In this document: positions 1 to 10,178 of the stretch, piece by piece
Numbering within the stretch: position 1 is the stretch's first letter
How the letters are laid out: every line of letters starts with the position of its first letter
Source: Fimbriimonadia bacterium
Lineage (GTDB): Bacteria; Armatimonadota; Fimbriimonadia; Fimbriimonadales; JABRVX01
Direction of reading: 5' to 3'
NCBI GenBank assembly: GCA_041483895.1
Contig: JBGPGO010000009.1
Span: 108,880 to 172,879, forward strand
Length of the DNA: 64,000 bases
Program-made: the position numbers and the translations under genes
Notes under the pieces: model-generated
Database searches by the model: none
Told to the model about the DNA's origin: nothing
What the model saw: only the letters and a program-made list of their open reading frames with translations

Positions 1-786
1 CCTGTCGCGGTTGGGGACCAAGTGAGAGTTCAGGATCTGGATAACGGATCCGGTCTGATCACTGAGGTCCTCCCGCGCCGGTCCAAGCTGTCGCGACGCG
101 CGCCGGGTTCGCGGCACGTCGAGCAGGTGATGGTCGCCAACGCGGACCAGGTTGTCGCCGTGTTCGCCGCCGCCAAGCCCGAGCCCAAATGGGGCCTGCT
201 CGACCGGTACCTGATCGAGGCGGAAGCGGTGGAATTGGAGGCGACAATCTGCATCACAAAGTCAGATCTCGCCGAAGATACGAAGCCGCCGGCCATCTTG
301 GACCTGGAGCGTGTCGGCTATCCAACGATTTTCACCAGCACCATCACGATGGCGGGGATTGCAGCGATGAAGGAAGCCCTCCAAGGAAAGGTCTCGGTGT
401 TTGTCGGCAAGTCGGGGGTGGGAAAAACCTCCCTCCTCAACGCGCTCCAGCCAGGTCTTGGAGCGAAGGTTGGAGAGGTCAGCCCGTCCGTCGGCAAGGG
501 CCGGCACACGACGACCCACCTCGAAATGTTTCCGCTTGACTTTGGAGGCTTTGTCATCGATACACCCGGAATACGTGAGTTTGGATTGTGGGATATCGCA
601 GGTTCCGAGATGGCGGCGCTGTTTCGCGAATTTCAGCCGCATCTGGACTCATGCCGATTCGGAGCGAGCTGCAGCCATGCGCATGAGCCGGGCTGCGCGG
701 TCCGCGAGGCGGTCGCCGGTGGAACGATTAGCGAGCGAAGGTACCGGAGCTATCTTCAGCTCTCCGGCAACAATGCATGCCAATAG
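1..786 (+). CDS. rsgA: Ribosome small subunit-dependent GTPase A, 5'-truncated by the window edge
   Basis: Frame is open from base 1 (PVAVGDQV). Circularly permuted GTPase motifs TKSDL, GKSGVGKTS, GRHTTT and DTPG, plus C-terminal Zn finger CRFGASCSHAHEPGCAV. Confidence 0.95.
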   Translation, partial: PVAVGDQVRVQDLDNGSGLITEVLPRRSKLSRRAPGSRHVEQVMVANADQVVAVFAAAKPEPKWGLLDRYLIEAEAVELEATICITKSDLAEDTKPPAILDLERVGYPTIFTSTITMAGIAAMKEALQGKVSVFVGKSGVGKTSLLNALQPGLGAKVGEVSPSVGKGRHTTTHLEMFPLDFGGFVIDTPGIREFGLWDIAGSEMAALFREFQPHLDSCRFGASCSHAHEPGCAVREAVAGGTISERRYRSYLQLSGNNACQ

Positions 787-791
787 CAAGA

Positions 792-823
792 TTCCGCCCG
801 GCTGAAATACCAACCGGGCGGAA
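792..823. terminator. Hairpin downstream of rsgA, possible terminator
   Basis: TTCCGCCCGG...CCGGGCGGAA 10-bp inverted repeat just after the stop; no clear U tract on +. Confidence 0.45.
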
Positions 824-928
824 CAAACAGGTATATCAACCGACCAAATCGCAGACAGTTATGCGATTTATCCTTTATAATTGATAAGTTGCGGATATTC
901 GCGTTTGCTTTAACACGGAGGGGCTAGG

Positions 929-3019
929 ATGAAACGAGTGGGTTTCCTTATTGTCGCGGCTTTGGCGGGGTTGCCGGTCGTCGGCCAAATTCAAACAAAA
1001 TCGGATCGGTTGATCGCGGAACGTCTTTCTGTGTCGGAGTGGAACCTTCAGGCCTTCGACCTTCCCGACCGGGTCCAGCCAACTGTCTATGTTCCCATAA
1101 AGCTCGGCGGCTTGGACTATCAGCTCAAGCTATGGCCGCATGATAATCGCGCCAAGGATTTCAAAGTGTTGGTTCAAGGCGCCGACGGCCAACTCCGCGA
1201 GGTCGTGCCGCCTGTGCCGCGAACGTATCAAGGGACGGTCCTCACCGCGGACGGAGAACCGGTCGATGGAACAGTGGTTGCCTGCTCGATCGTCAATCGG
1301 CAACTTCGCGGCATGGTCTGGATTAATTTCCGCGAGGACCTTCCCGGACCGCAGATACGATATACGATCACTCCTCTCTCTGATATCGATCGATCTGCCG
1401 CGAAACCTCTGCACGTTGTCACCGACAACTTCGCTCTCAAGTTGCTGCCTTACACATGTGAGGAAGTCCAGATTGAGCACGACGACGGTGGGGACGGCGT
1501 ATCGATGCAAGCCACAGGAAACAAGATCTGTGACATTGCGTTCGATGCCGATTATGAGTTTTATCAGCTCAGTGGCAGCAGTGTGCCGAATGTGGTGTAT
1601 GACATCGAAAACACGCTGCAATCCGTGGAAATGATCTACCAGCGCGATTGCCAGATATCCTATGAAGTGCCGGCAATTATCGTTCGGACGACAGTGAACG
1701 ATCCATATTCAACTACCGTTGGCGCGACGGTTCTGTCCCAGATGAGAACGGAGTGGAACAACAATCAGGCATTGATCCGCCGTGACTTGGCGCAATTGAT
1801 CACTGGGCGCGACCTCGATGGCACTTTGATCGGCATCTCTTATATTGGCGTAGTGTGCACACTCACTGACGCCTACGGTGTGAATGAGCTAGAGTATTCT
1901 CCCTATTTCGAATTGCGAGTCGCCTTGCTGGCGCATGAGATCGGACATGGTTGGAATGCGGTCCATTGTGTAGAAAACACCGATTGCCACATTATGTGCG
2001 CCGTAATCGATTCATGCGACGGCGTCTTAGGCCCCAATCTTCGTTTCGGCGTCGGCGAAAAGGGATTGATCAATCCGTTCAGAGATTCCCGGACCTGCCT
2101 CACGACGGAACCGGATACGCTGTCCCCGCCGTTTACCGAGGCCTGGCCCGCGGCCGCGATCGATCAGACCCGGTGGACCTACTTCAAGAATCCCTTCGTG
2201 GTCTCGAATGCCGTCAACGAACCAAGTCCTCTTCTGTCATTGCGATTGCGGGCCGCATCGTCGTTGGCCTATGCGAATGACGAAATTCGAAGCAATTACA
2301 TCAATATGCTCGGCCAGTCAGGGTCCGTAATCTCGTTTTGGACGGAGCATGTCGGCGTGGAATCCGGCAAGAAGCTGTACGTCGAGTTTTGGAACCAATC
2401 GCAGCTTCGCTGGGATCCGGTTACGACGCTGACTTCGAACGGTACGGATCAATCGGATTTTGTCAAGACTACGGTCAATATGCCGACGGCGGGCTACTCC
2501 AGCAGATTCCGGATTCGCTTCGTCGCCGGTTCGACTGACACGACCGACAATTGGTACGTTGACGACATTTCGATAAGCGGCGTGCCGTTAGCGACGGTTT
2601 CCGGGAACGTAGTGTTGGAGAATCTAGCGATCAGCCCGGCGGGCCTTGTGGCGACCTTGCAATTCCGAACGCCGGGAACAACAAACGTCTTCTATAGCAG
2701 CAATATCACATTAAATGCCAACGGAGACTATTCGTTGGGTACCGTCCCGCCGGGCACATACGATATTGCCCTGAAATTCCCGACTTTCCTTCGCAAAGTC
2801 GTGACCAATAAAACGGTCAGCGGCACGACAACCAACGTCAACTTCGACCTGGTTTGTGGTGATTCGGATGGAAACAATGTCATAGACTTGAAGGATATGA
2901 ATCCGGTATTTCAGAACTTCCTGCTGCCGGGTCAGGGCGACGTTAATCTGTCCGGACTCGTCGACCTGCTTGATCTCAACCTGATGTTTGCCAACTTTGG
3001 AATGTCAGGAACCAACTAA
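929..3019 (+). CDS. Secreted M12/reprolysin-like zinc metallopeptidase with C-terminal beta-sandwich and dockerin-like tail
   Basis: Signal peptide; HEIGHGWNAVH zinc motif followed by Met-turn HIM; tail GDSDGNNVIDLKD...GDVNLSGLVDLLD; RBS GGAGG. Confidence 0.85.
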   Translation: MKRVGFLIVAALAGLPVVGQIQTKSDRLIAERLSVSEWNLQAFDLPDRVQPTVYVPIKLGGLDYQLKLWPHDNRAKDFKVLVQGADGQLREVVPPVPRTYQGTVLTADGEPVDGTVVACSIVNRQLRGMVWINFREDLPGPQIRYTITPLSDIDRSAAKPLHVVTDNFALKLLPYTCEEVQIEHDDGGDGVSMQATGNKICDIAFDADYEFYQLSGSSVPNVVYDIENTLQSVEMIYQRDCQISYEVPAIIVRTTVNDPYSTTVGATVLSQMRTEWNNNQALIRRDLAQLITGRDLDGTLIGISYIGVVCTLTDAYGVNELEYSPYFELRVALLAHEIGHGWNAVHCVENTDCHIMCAVIDSCDGVLGPNLRFGVGEKGLINPFRDSRTCLTTEPDTLSPPFTEAWPAAAIDQTRWTYFKNPFVVSNAVNEPSPLLSLRLRAASSLAYANDEIRSNYINMLGQSGSVISFWTEHVGVESGKKLYVEFWNQSQLRWDPVTTLTSNGTDQSDFVKTTVNMPTAGYSSRFRIRFVAGSTDTTDNWYVDDISISGVPLATVSGNVVLENLAISPAGLVATLQFRTPGTTNVFYSSNITLNANGDYSLGTVPPGTYDIALKFPTFLRKVVTNKTVSGTTTNVNFDLVCGDSDGNNVIDLKDMNPVFQNFLLPGQGDVNLSGLVDLLDLNLMFANFGMSGTN

Positions 3020-3120
3020 CACAACAGGTCGATTATCCACGCTGGAGTTATCGGGCGGGGAACAATATCGAAGGTCAGGATGTCAGATCGGTGGGGTTCA
3101 TACAACCCCGGAGGTCCAAC

Positions 3121-5190
3121 TTGAGATATTTCGCCGCCCTCTGTGCCTTGGCAATCGGCTTGGCATCACTGGGCCAGATAGAAACGAAGGCCGACCGCCT
3201 GATCCATGACAAGATGATGGTTTCAGAGTGGACCGTGCAAGCTCTAACGTTGCCAAGAACCGTCCAGCCCACGGTGTTGGTGCCGATCAACTTGGGAGGG
3301 CAGGCATTCACCCTGAAGCTCTGGCCGCACGCATCTCGATCCAAGGATTTCAAGCTCCTCATCCAAGATCGAACCGGATTGCACGAGGAGCCCGCCGCCG
3401 CCCCAAGCACATGCAGAGGCACGGTACTGGGCGTCGATGGCAGCGCGGTTTCCGGATCGATCGACAACAACCAATTCACCGGCCTCGTCGTCTTCAATTT
3501 CACAGGCAAGGAGCCGGGACCGGAAGTGCGCTATTCCGTGGTACCGCTCAGTCAAATCGACCCGACCGCGGCGAAGCCGCTTCACGTTGTCGCAGACAGT
3601 TCCAACCTCCTGCCAACTCCGTTTCATTGTGGAGTGACGGAAGGTTCCCGCGATAACGACGGTGACGAGGTAATCATCCAAGCGACCGGAGAGAAGATCT
3701 GCGATATCGCGTTCGATAGCGACTACGAGTTCTATCAGAAGAATGGCAGCAGTGTTCCGAACACGATGAAGGATATCGAGAACGTGATGAATACGGTCGA
3801 GTTTGTTTATGAGCGGGATGTGGATATAACGTATGAGGTAACCACGATCGTTGTCCGTACAATTGCGGCGGATCCGTATACCAGCACCGACCCAAACACG
3901 ATCTTGACCGAGTTTCAGAACGCCTGGAACTCGGGAATGGGGCTGATCCGCAGAGACACGGCGCACATGATGACCGGCAAGGCTATCGATGGAAATGTGA
4001 TTGGGATCTCCTTTGTTGGAGTCATATGCAACACATCGTATGGGTATGGACTTGACGAATCGCGATTCTCGAGCAATTTTGATCTACGGGTGGCACTTTC
4101 CGCGCACGAGATCGGACACAACTGGAATGCCAGCCATTGCAGCGGCTCGGATTGCCACATTATGTGTCCCACAATCAATCAGTGCGGCGGTGTCACCGGG
4201 AGCAATCTGAAATTTGGGGCCGCGGAACAGAGCGAGATTGAGACGTTTCGCGCAACTCTATCCTGCCTCACTACAGAACCCGACTTCCTAAGCCCCCCGT
4301 TCTCAGATGCTTTCCCCACCAGCCTCATCGATTCCAACAAATGGGTGTACGTTTACGGGGCGACCGCGCCAACGACCGCTTCCAATGAGCCCAGTCCATC
4401 GAATTCCTTGGACTTGGACGCAACGGTCTCAGCCGATTATGCCGACGACGAGATCCGAACGCACTTCATCAACCTGTCCGGCCTGTCCGGGCATATTGTC
4501 TCCTTCTGGATCGAGCACATCGGCGTCGAATCCGGAGAATCGCTGAGCGTTGAGTATTGGAACAAAGGACAACTTCGATGGGACGTGCTGACAACGGTCG
4601 CGTCGGATGGCGTCGACCAAACGAACTTCACATACACTGTGGTGGGGTTACCGGCGGCGGCCTATACCACCGATTTCCGCCTCCGGTTCGTCGCTGTCGT
4701 CAATGAGCCGAATGACGACTGGTACATCGATAATGTATATGTCGGGGCGCCGCTCACCGCGACGGTGCAAGGGAATGTCGATCTTCAGAGCATCGCAATT
4801 AGCCCATACGGCCAATCGGCAACGATCGAATTCCGATCCCCGAAAACGACGAACCTGGCCTTCAGCGGTCCGGTCTCCTTGGATGGCAACGGAAATTATG
4901 GGATCGCGGGCGTGCCGATCGGCGTGTACGACGTCGCAGTGAAGTTCCCGACATGGCTTCGGCAGGTTTTGCCGAGCCGCACAATCGCCTCACCAAGCAC
5001 TTCGGGTGTGAACTTCAGTCTGGTCTGCGGCGATGCGGTCGAAGACAATTCGGTTGACCTGTTAGACCTGAACAGGGTGCTAACAAACTTTGGAGGGTTT
5101 GGGGAAGGGGATGTCGATCTGTCCGGTCTAGTTGATCTCCTCGACCTCAACACCATCATGGCGAACTTCTTAATGGCGGGACAACCGTAG
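3121..5190 (+). CDS. Tandem paralog of the M12-like metallopeptidase
   Basis: TTG start after GGAGG; HEIGHNWNASH motif; colinear with 929-3019 including the dockerin-like tail. Confidence 0.85.
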   Translation: MRYFAALCALAIGLASLGQIETKADRLIHDKMMVSEWTVQALTLPRTVQPTVLVPINLGGQAFTLKLWPHASRSKDFKLLIQDRTGLHEEPAAAPSTCRGTVLGVDGSAVSGSIDNNQFTGLVVFNFTGKEPGPEVRYSVVPLSQIDPTAAKPLHVVADSSNLLPTPFHCGVTEGSRDNDGDEVIIQATGEKICDIAFDSDYEFYQKNGSSVPNTMKDIENVMNTVEFVYERDVDITYEVTTIVVRTIAADPYTSTDPNTILTEFQNAWNSGMGLIRRDTAHMMTGKAIDGNVIGISFVGVICNTSYGYGLDESRFSSNFDLRVALSAHEIGHNWNASHCSGSDCHIMCPTINQCGGVTGSNLKFGAAEQSEIETFRATLSCLTTEPDFLSPPFSDAFPTSLIDSNKWVYVYGATAPTTASNEPSPSNSLDLDATVSADYADDEIRTHFINLSGLSGHIVSFWIEHIGVESGESLSVEYWNKGQLRWDVLTTVASDGVDQTNFTYTVVGLPAAAYTTDFRLRFVAVVNEPNDDWYIDNVYVGAPLTATVQGNVDLQSIAISPYGQSATIEFRSPKTTNLAFSGPVSLDGNGNYGIAGVPIGVYDVAVKFPTWLRQVLPSRTIASPSTSGVNFSLVCGDAVEDNSVDLLDLNRVLTNFGGFGEGDVDLSGLVDLLDLNTIMANFLMAGQP

Positions 5191-5207
5191 CGCCGGAACA
5201 AAGATAG

Positions 5208-5242
5208 TGCGGCGTGGCGACAGCCGCGCCGCATTTCCTTTT
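5208..5242 (+). terminator. Rho-independent terminator
   Basis: TGCGGCGTGGC-GACA-GCCGCGCCGCA hairpin followed by TTTCCTTTT. Confidence 0.65.
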
Positions 5243-6012
5243 CAACCGATTCGGAAGTCGGGGCTTCGCTTCTCCAAGAAGGCGGCTACCCCTTCGCGCC
5301 CTTCTTCGCTCGCTCGCAAATCGGCAATCAGGGCAGCGGCTTCGTCTTTCCCTGAGACTAAATCGCGCAACAGGTCCTTGCATGCCGCGATGGCTGCGGG
5401 GCCGTTTTGCAGGATGAGTTTGACGACGCCGTCCACATCCACATCCAGGCTTTCAGCGGGGGCGATCCGATGGACCAACCCCAAGGTCTTGGCCGTCTGC
5501 ACATCGAACCGCTCCCCTGTGATGAACAGGCACCGCGCCGCGCCAAGGCCGATCTTCTGCACGACATATTGCGAAATGACTGCCGGAGCCAACCCCAGCT
5601 TCACTTCGCTAAATCCAAGCGTGGCGGCCTCTGACGCGATCACGACATCGCACACGGCAGCCAGCCCGACTCCGCCTCCCATCGCCGCGCCGTGCACGCG
5701 CGCAATCGTTGCTTTCGGGCATCGGTCTATGGCTTCGAACATTTCTTGCAACCGCCGGGCATCGGCCAGGTTCTCTTCGCGCGAAAACCCAGCCATCCGG
5801 CGCATCCACTCCAAATCCCCGCCGGCGCAAAAGGATTTCCCTTCGCCCGAGAGAACGACCACGCGCACCGCATCGTCCTGCCAAAGCTGCCGAAACGCCA
5901 AGGTGATCTCGGCTATCAATTCGTCGTTGAAGGCATTGTGAACCTCGGGCCGATTGAGCCGAACGTCCGCCCTGGGCCCGGCGATTGTGAGGAGGAGGTG
6001 CTTGAAACCCAT
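5242..6012 (-). CDS. Enoyl-CoA hydratase family, methylglutaconyl-CoA hydratase-like
   Basis: LNRPEVHNAF, FCAGGDL, AMGGGVGL, SEVKLGLAPA and EGREGVAAFLEKR. Confidence 0.9.
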   Translation of the reverse strand: MGFKHLLLTIAGPRADVRLNRPEVHNAFNDELIAEITLAFRQLWQDDAVRVVVLSGEGKSFCAGGDLEWMRRMAGFSREENLADARRLQEMFEAIDRCPKATIARVHGAAMGGGVGLAAVCDVVIASEAATLGFSEVKLGLAPAVISQYVVQKIGLGAARCLFITGERFDVQTAKTLGLVHRIAPAESLDVDVDGVVKLILQNGPAAIAACKDLLRDLVSGKDEAAALIADLRASEEGREGVAAFLEKRSPDFRIG

Positions 6013-6080
6013 AGCACGTTGTACCCTCCCAAGAACTCATCGGGCAGTTATTGATACTAAAGGGGTGGAGGTGGTACCCC

Positions 6081-6989
6081 ATGATGTCAAGATTGCTGCT
6101 TATACTCCTCGTTGGATGCGTTGTTGGCGGCTGTAGCACGTCGGACCGGACGATCAACTTGGCCGACGGCAAGATAGCGACCGAAACCTCGGAGCGCCTG
6201 GCCAAAGGGACCGTTATGGCCGGTACGGCCACATCGGACGGACGGCTTGCCGCAATTCTGATTGGCAGGGAAAAGGACGGCGGCCTGATCGTACGAGAGA
6301 TGGACACCGATCGGGTCGTTTACAAGCGAACCGTTACCGAAGGGGATCTTTGGATGCCGGTGCTGTTCAATGCGGCGGGGACTGTGTTGTACTGCGAAAC
6401 GAGCCGCGATAGCGAGTCCGGATTTGGCTCCATTGATCTGGCGACCGGTCAAGAGACATTCGTGCCCGCCGCGACAACCCTGAAAACCGACATAATCTCG
6501 CCGCGCGGACAAAACCAGGACTGCACGCTCGCGATTTGCGGCATCGGGGTCATCACCCAGGACGGCAAGCTCCTGCCTGTTCCCGATAGGAAGTTGAGCC
6601 GGTCGGACGCGTACTTTGATGAATGGGGAAACATCTGGATTCGAATCGGCAGATCGTACACAGAGTATTGCCGCGATGGCTCAGTCCGCTCCGGGCTGCG
6701 GAGGCCGAGGTACCTTGTGCAAGACCCGAGCAAGGCGCGCGGATCGATGACCCTGGAGCGGCAGGAAATACAGTTCCGGTACAAGGATTCCGGCGCGCTT
6801 GTCACCGCTATCTGGCTTGTCCACGCGAAGGCTGTACAGCGGCCGAACGGTGGCGCCTGGCGGGCGGCGTTGGTGGATGCCGCGCCGGATGTGTGGGACT
6901 TCGGCTTCTTCCCCAGCCGCGATGCGATATGGGTTGTGACGCAGATTGATCTGCGGATTGTCCCATTTACAAAGACGTCGGCGCCCTAG
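6081..6989 (+). CDS. Hypothetical lipoprotein, beta-rich
   Basis: Hydrophobic N-terminus with lipobox VVGGC; GGAGG upstream. Confidence 0.65.
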   Translation: MMSRLLLILLVGCVVGGCSTSDRTINLADGKIATETSERLAKGTVMAGTATSDGRLAAILIGREKDGGLIVREMDTDRVVYKRTVTEGDLWMPVLFNAAGTVLYCETSRDSESGFGSIDLATGQETFVPAATTLKTDIISPRGQNQDCTLAICGIGVITQDGKLLPVPDRKLSRSDAYFDEWGNIWIRIGRSYTEYCRDGSVRSGLRRPRYLVQDPSKARGSMTLERQEIQFRYKDSGALVTAIWLVHAKAVQRPNGGAWRAALVDAAPDVWDFGFFPSRDAIWVVTQIDLRIVPFTKTSAP

Positions 6990-6995
6990 CCTGGG

Positions 6996-8342
6996 TTATT
7001 TGCTCCTGGTCCGCCGGGCCACGAGCAGCCCGAGGCCAAATCCTGCCAGAACGATCCCTCCCGGCTCCGGCACTGGCGAGGAGAGGACGTAGGCGAAAGT
7101 GTGGTCGGGATGGACGATCTGCCACAGGACTTGGCCGTTCGGCCCGATGGCCATTCCCGTGCTGGAATCATAGGCTTGGCCCTGCAAATAATCCTGTGTC
7201 AAATTGAATCCATTGACGAACGTGTCCACCCTATGATTCGTGAGCGGCCCGCTGCCGGACCAGAGGGCGTTCCCCAACTCGTCGATCCCATAACAATAGA
7301 GCCGATCGGTGATCGGCGTCTGCGGGCCGAGCAGAGCGCTGGAGATGTCCGTCTGGTTCTTCGCGATGACGTGACTGCTGTCTACCACGTCAGAGGCCAG
7401 CCAAACGACGTTGCCGGATTCGGACAGGAAGGTCAAGCCCTGTGGCGCCTGATACTGGTCCGCATGGCCGTCGATGTGGGAAAGATCCCTGCCGTCCACC
7501 TGAAGGAAGCCAACGCCGCGCGTCAAGGCGAGCCATGCGATGTGGCCGGAGTTGGTGATCTTGACGGCGACCGCCGCGGGCCTGTCGGTGTACTGACTCC
7601 GCGCGTAGACCTGGTCGTTCAAGAATACGGCGCCCTCCCGGCCGGTGTTGTCACCACCGCCATCCCACAACAGATCGTTATGATCGTTGAGGCTGAATTC
7701 GCCGGTATAGCGATTCCCTCCCAAGATGGCCGAAGAGTAGTTGACACCGTCGTGGAACAGATCGTAAACGCCGCCGGTCAGGCCGGAGAACGCTTGGAAC
7801 GCCATGTCTCCAGACCTGGTGACGGCGGCGCGCTGGGAAGAGAAGTCGTACAGTTTCATGCCGACGTAAATCTCCTTGTCGCCAAGGAATAATCGCGCAT
7901 ACTGGCCGGGAGAGCTGGCAACCCAAAAAGGTCTTCCTTGACCGTCGATGCCCAAGACGCCAGCATCGTCCGGCGGCAGGCCCGGTGGCAGGACGTCCGC
8001 ATAATAGTCGTGTCCATCCACCATCGCGTGCAGAGAGGTCGAGTCCAACCCAATCCAGGCCACTTGGCCGTGATCATTGATCGCTCGAGTAAAGCCCTGA
8101 CTCGGACCGGGAAATGCCGCTTGAGTCAAATTGGTCTTGTATCGAAATGCCTGCGGCAGCACATTCGATGCGCCAGGCACGTGCGTGTAAGCGGTGTATA
8201 TTGGAATTCCGTCCCTGTTCACCGCGAAGTACGCGGTGCCTCTCGTCACACCATCAATGAGAACATTATGCTTCCATTCGCTTTGTCCAGACGCGGCGAA
8301 GACCATTAGGACGACGCAGATCAGGATCGTTATCGATTTCAT
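6996..8342 (-). CDS. PEP-CTERM surface protein with IND/N-x-G-type beta repeats
   Basis: Signal peptide MKSITILICVV; C-terminal PVPEPGG + TM + RRTRSK; RBS AGGAG. Confidence 0.85.
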   Translation of the reverse strand: MKSITILICVVLMVFAASGQSEWKHNVLIDGVTRGTAYFAVNRDGIPIYTAYTHVPGASNVLPQAFRYKTNLTQAAFPGPSQGFTRAINDHGQVAWIGLDSTSLHAMVDGHDYYADVLPPGLPPDDAGVLGIDGQGRPFWVASSPGQYARLFLGDKEIYVGMKLYDFSSQRAAVTRSGDMAFQAFSGLTGGVYDLFHDGVNYSSAILGGNRYTGEFSLNDHNDLLWDGGGDNTGREGAVFLNDQVYARSQYTDRPAAVAVKITNSGHIAWLALTRGVGFLQVDGRDLSHIDGHADQYQAPQGLTFLSESGNVVWLASDVVDSSHVIAKNQTDISSALLGPQTPITDRLYCYGIDELGNALWSGSGPLTNHRVDTFVNGFNLTQDYLQGQAYDSSTGMAIGPNGQVLWQIVHPDHTFAYVLSSPVPEPGGIVLAGFGLGLLVARRTRSK

Positions 8343-8361
8343 TTCATTTGACTCCTGAAGG

Positions 8362-8389
8362 GCTCCCCCGCGCTGTCGCGCGGGGGAGC
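8362..8389. repeat. REP-like palindrome (CTCCCCCGC core)
   Basis: GCTCCCCCGCGC-TGTC-GCGCGGGGGAGC; same core as 27686-27709 and 63864-63879. Confidence 0.65.
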
Positions 8390-8407
8390 ATTGCACAGCA
8401 GGTAGGC

Positions 8408-9905
8408 TCAATTCCAATGTGGGCCCCAATAGGCCGCTACTTTGCCGTTGCCAAGCGTTAGCACAACGGCGCCGTCAAGGTCTATGGCGAGGTCCTGAGT
8501 CGGTATGGAACTTGCGGGATGGATGGGAAAGGGATAGTACAGCGGCTGCAAACCTCCACCAAAATCTGAGGGATTTTGGCAGTAGATGTAGCCGGTGTCG
8601 GTGGCCCAATAGATGATGTTGTGGCTGTCCGCATTTGTGAACAGTGGCGTTGAGGACAGGTTGTCGGAAGTGGAACTCATCTTTTTCCCGAATGAACCGC
8701 TGCCGGAGGTGCCTTGATCGTCCACCTTCACGGGGGTCGGTTTGCCGGTCCCAGTTCCCGCGGTTTGAGCCAAGAAGAAGACGTTCATGTCTCCGCTCGG
8801 AATTTCGACGCAAGGGTTGGCATCGATTCTCCCGATGGCGCGTTGGGTGCCGTTGTCGTTTGCAGTCGTCAACCGACTGCTCCATGCGGCGGTTCCCAAG
8901 TCGTCACCCGCGCCAATAATTGAGTAAATGTATCCCTGGTTGCTCGAATCATACGTGGCAATGTAGACGCGATCGTTCGAGCCGTTGTCATTGCCAATGA
9001 TGGGCCAAGTGTGGCATGTTTCGCCGCCGGAATCGGGAGTAAACGTCCACCGGAGCGTGGCGTGATCGCCCTGATCGAGGAGGCACTTGGCATGCCCGTC
9101 GCTGTTGGCGAGGACGATGTTCATGGTGGCCGGCGCTTCTCCCTCAAGCGGCGGGAGCAAGATCGACGACATCGGCCGCACAATTGGGTAGCCGGTGTCG
9201 TAACTCCACTCCTCGGATGCGTCCGAACCGGACGAATATCCTGAAGGATTGAACGCGTAGACCCTGCCGTTTGTGGACGGCACGTAGACGCGATATCCTT
9301 CGCTGTTCGGTTGGGTGACACCCGCTATGAGATACAGTGGGGCGCTCAAAGAGTCCCCGTTCGAACCCAGTTGCGCCGATCGCCATAGCTTCGATCCGTC
9401 GGATGCTTCGAGGCAGTAGAGACGCCGATCCGTATCGACGATGAATACCGCTTTCGTACCGTTGGACAGTCCCAGTACAGGAGAGCCGATCGGCGTTCCT
9501 GCCAACGTGTAAGACCCTTGGTAGTCCTTGGCGACAGAGAAGGTTGGCGGGTTTCCGTTGGTAAAGGTGACTTGGAGCCGGTAGAGCTTCTTGTCGTTCC
9601 CAAAGTAGTAGACCTTGTATTCGAACGTATTCGGATCGCTGGGTTCACCCAGCGCCACCCCATTGATCGGAGTTCCATCGCCTCCGCCCGGCGTGTAGGA
9701 CCATTTCGCCGCTCCCGCCGTATAAGGCGGCCGCAATGTCTGTCCCGCTATCGTCGGATGGCCGCTTCTTTGGACATCAAGCCCACCCATCGGCCACTGC
9801 CCGTACGTCCCGCCCGTTTGAGCGTGAGCAGTAAGTGTAAATACTAAGCCCCTCCCCCATTAGCAACATGGAGAGGCGTCGTGTCGGTCGATTCATTGTC
9901 TCCAT
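8408..9905 (-). CDS. PQQ-like beta-propeller secreted protein, signal peptide out of frame at 9849-9858
   Basis: WPMGGLDVQRSG and LYCLEASDGSKLW-type repeats. The upstream frame MNRPTRRLSMLLMG joins GLVFTLTAHAQ only after removing one base in GGGGGAGGGG. Confidence 0.7.
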
Positions 9906-10003
9906 CCCTCCCGCCGAAGGCCGGTCCAAAGGCGCCCTGGTTTGCAACCATTCGCGGGTCTGTAAATCAAGGGGTCGGATCGACCCCAGCAATATATGCT
10001 GTA

Positions 10004-10032
10004 AACATATCACACTTTTGCTCGGTTGTCAA
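10004..10032 (-). promoter_or_regulatory. sigma-70 promoter for the beta-propeller gene
   Basis: TTGACA-N17-TATGTT on the - strand. Confidence 0.55.
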
Positions 10033-10178
10033 GCAGAATTCGGTGGTTCACCGACCCAATCCCAGATCCGCCGGGGGGTTGACAATCCGGTCGCCACGGA
10101 AATCGTGGGCATTTGCCGCGATTCCTGTGCTGGCGATTGTGGGGCGTGACTCGGGGCGTTCGGGAACACGGTCCGTGT

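Noticed and set aside
3033..3041. DnaA-box-like TTATCCACG
   Set aside because: A single mismatched copy between two peptidase genes, expected by chance.
9906..9998. Riboswitch in the beta-propeller leader (hairpins GGGGTCG/CGACCCC and TGGTT-GCA-AACCA)
   Set aside because: Only short hairpins, with no match to an aptamer consensus I know.
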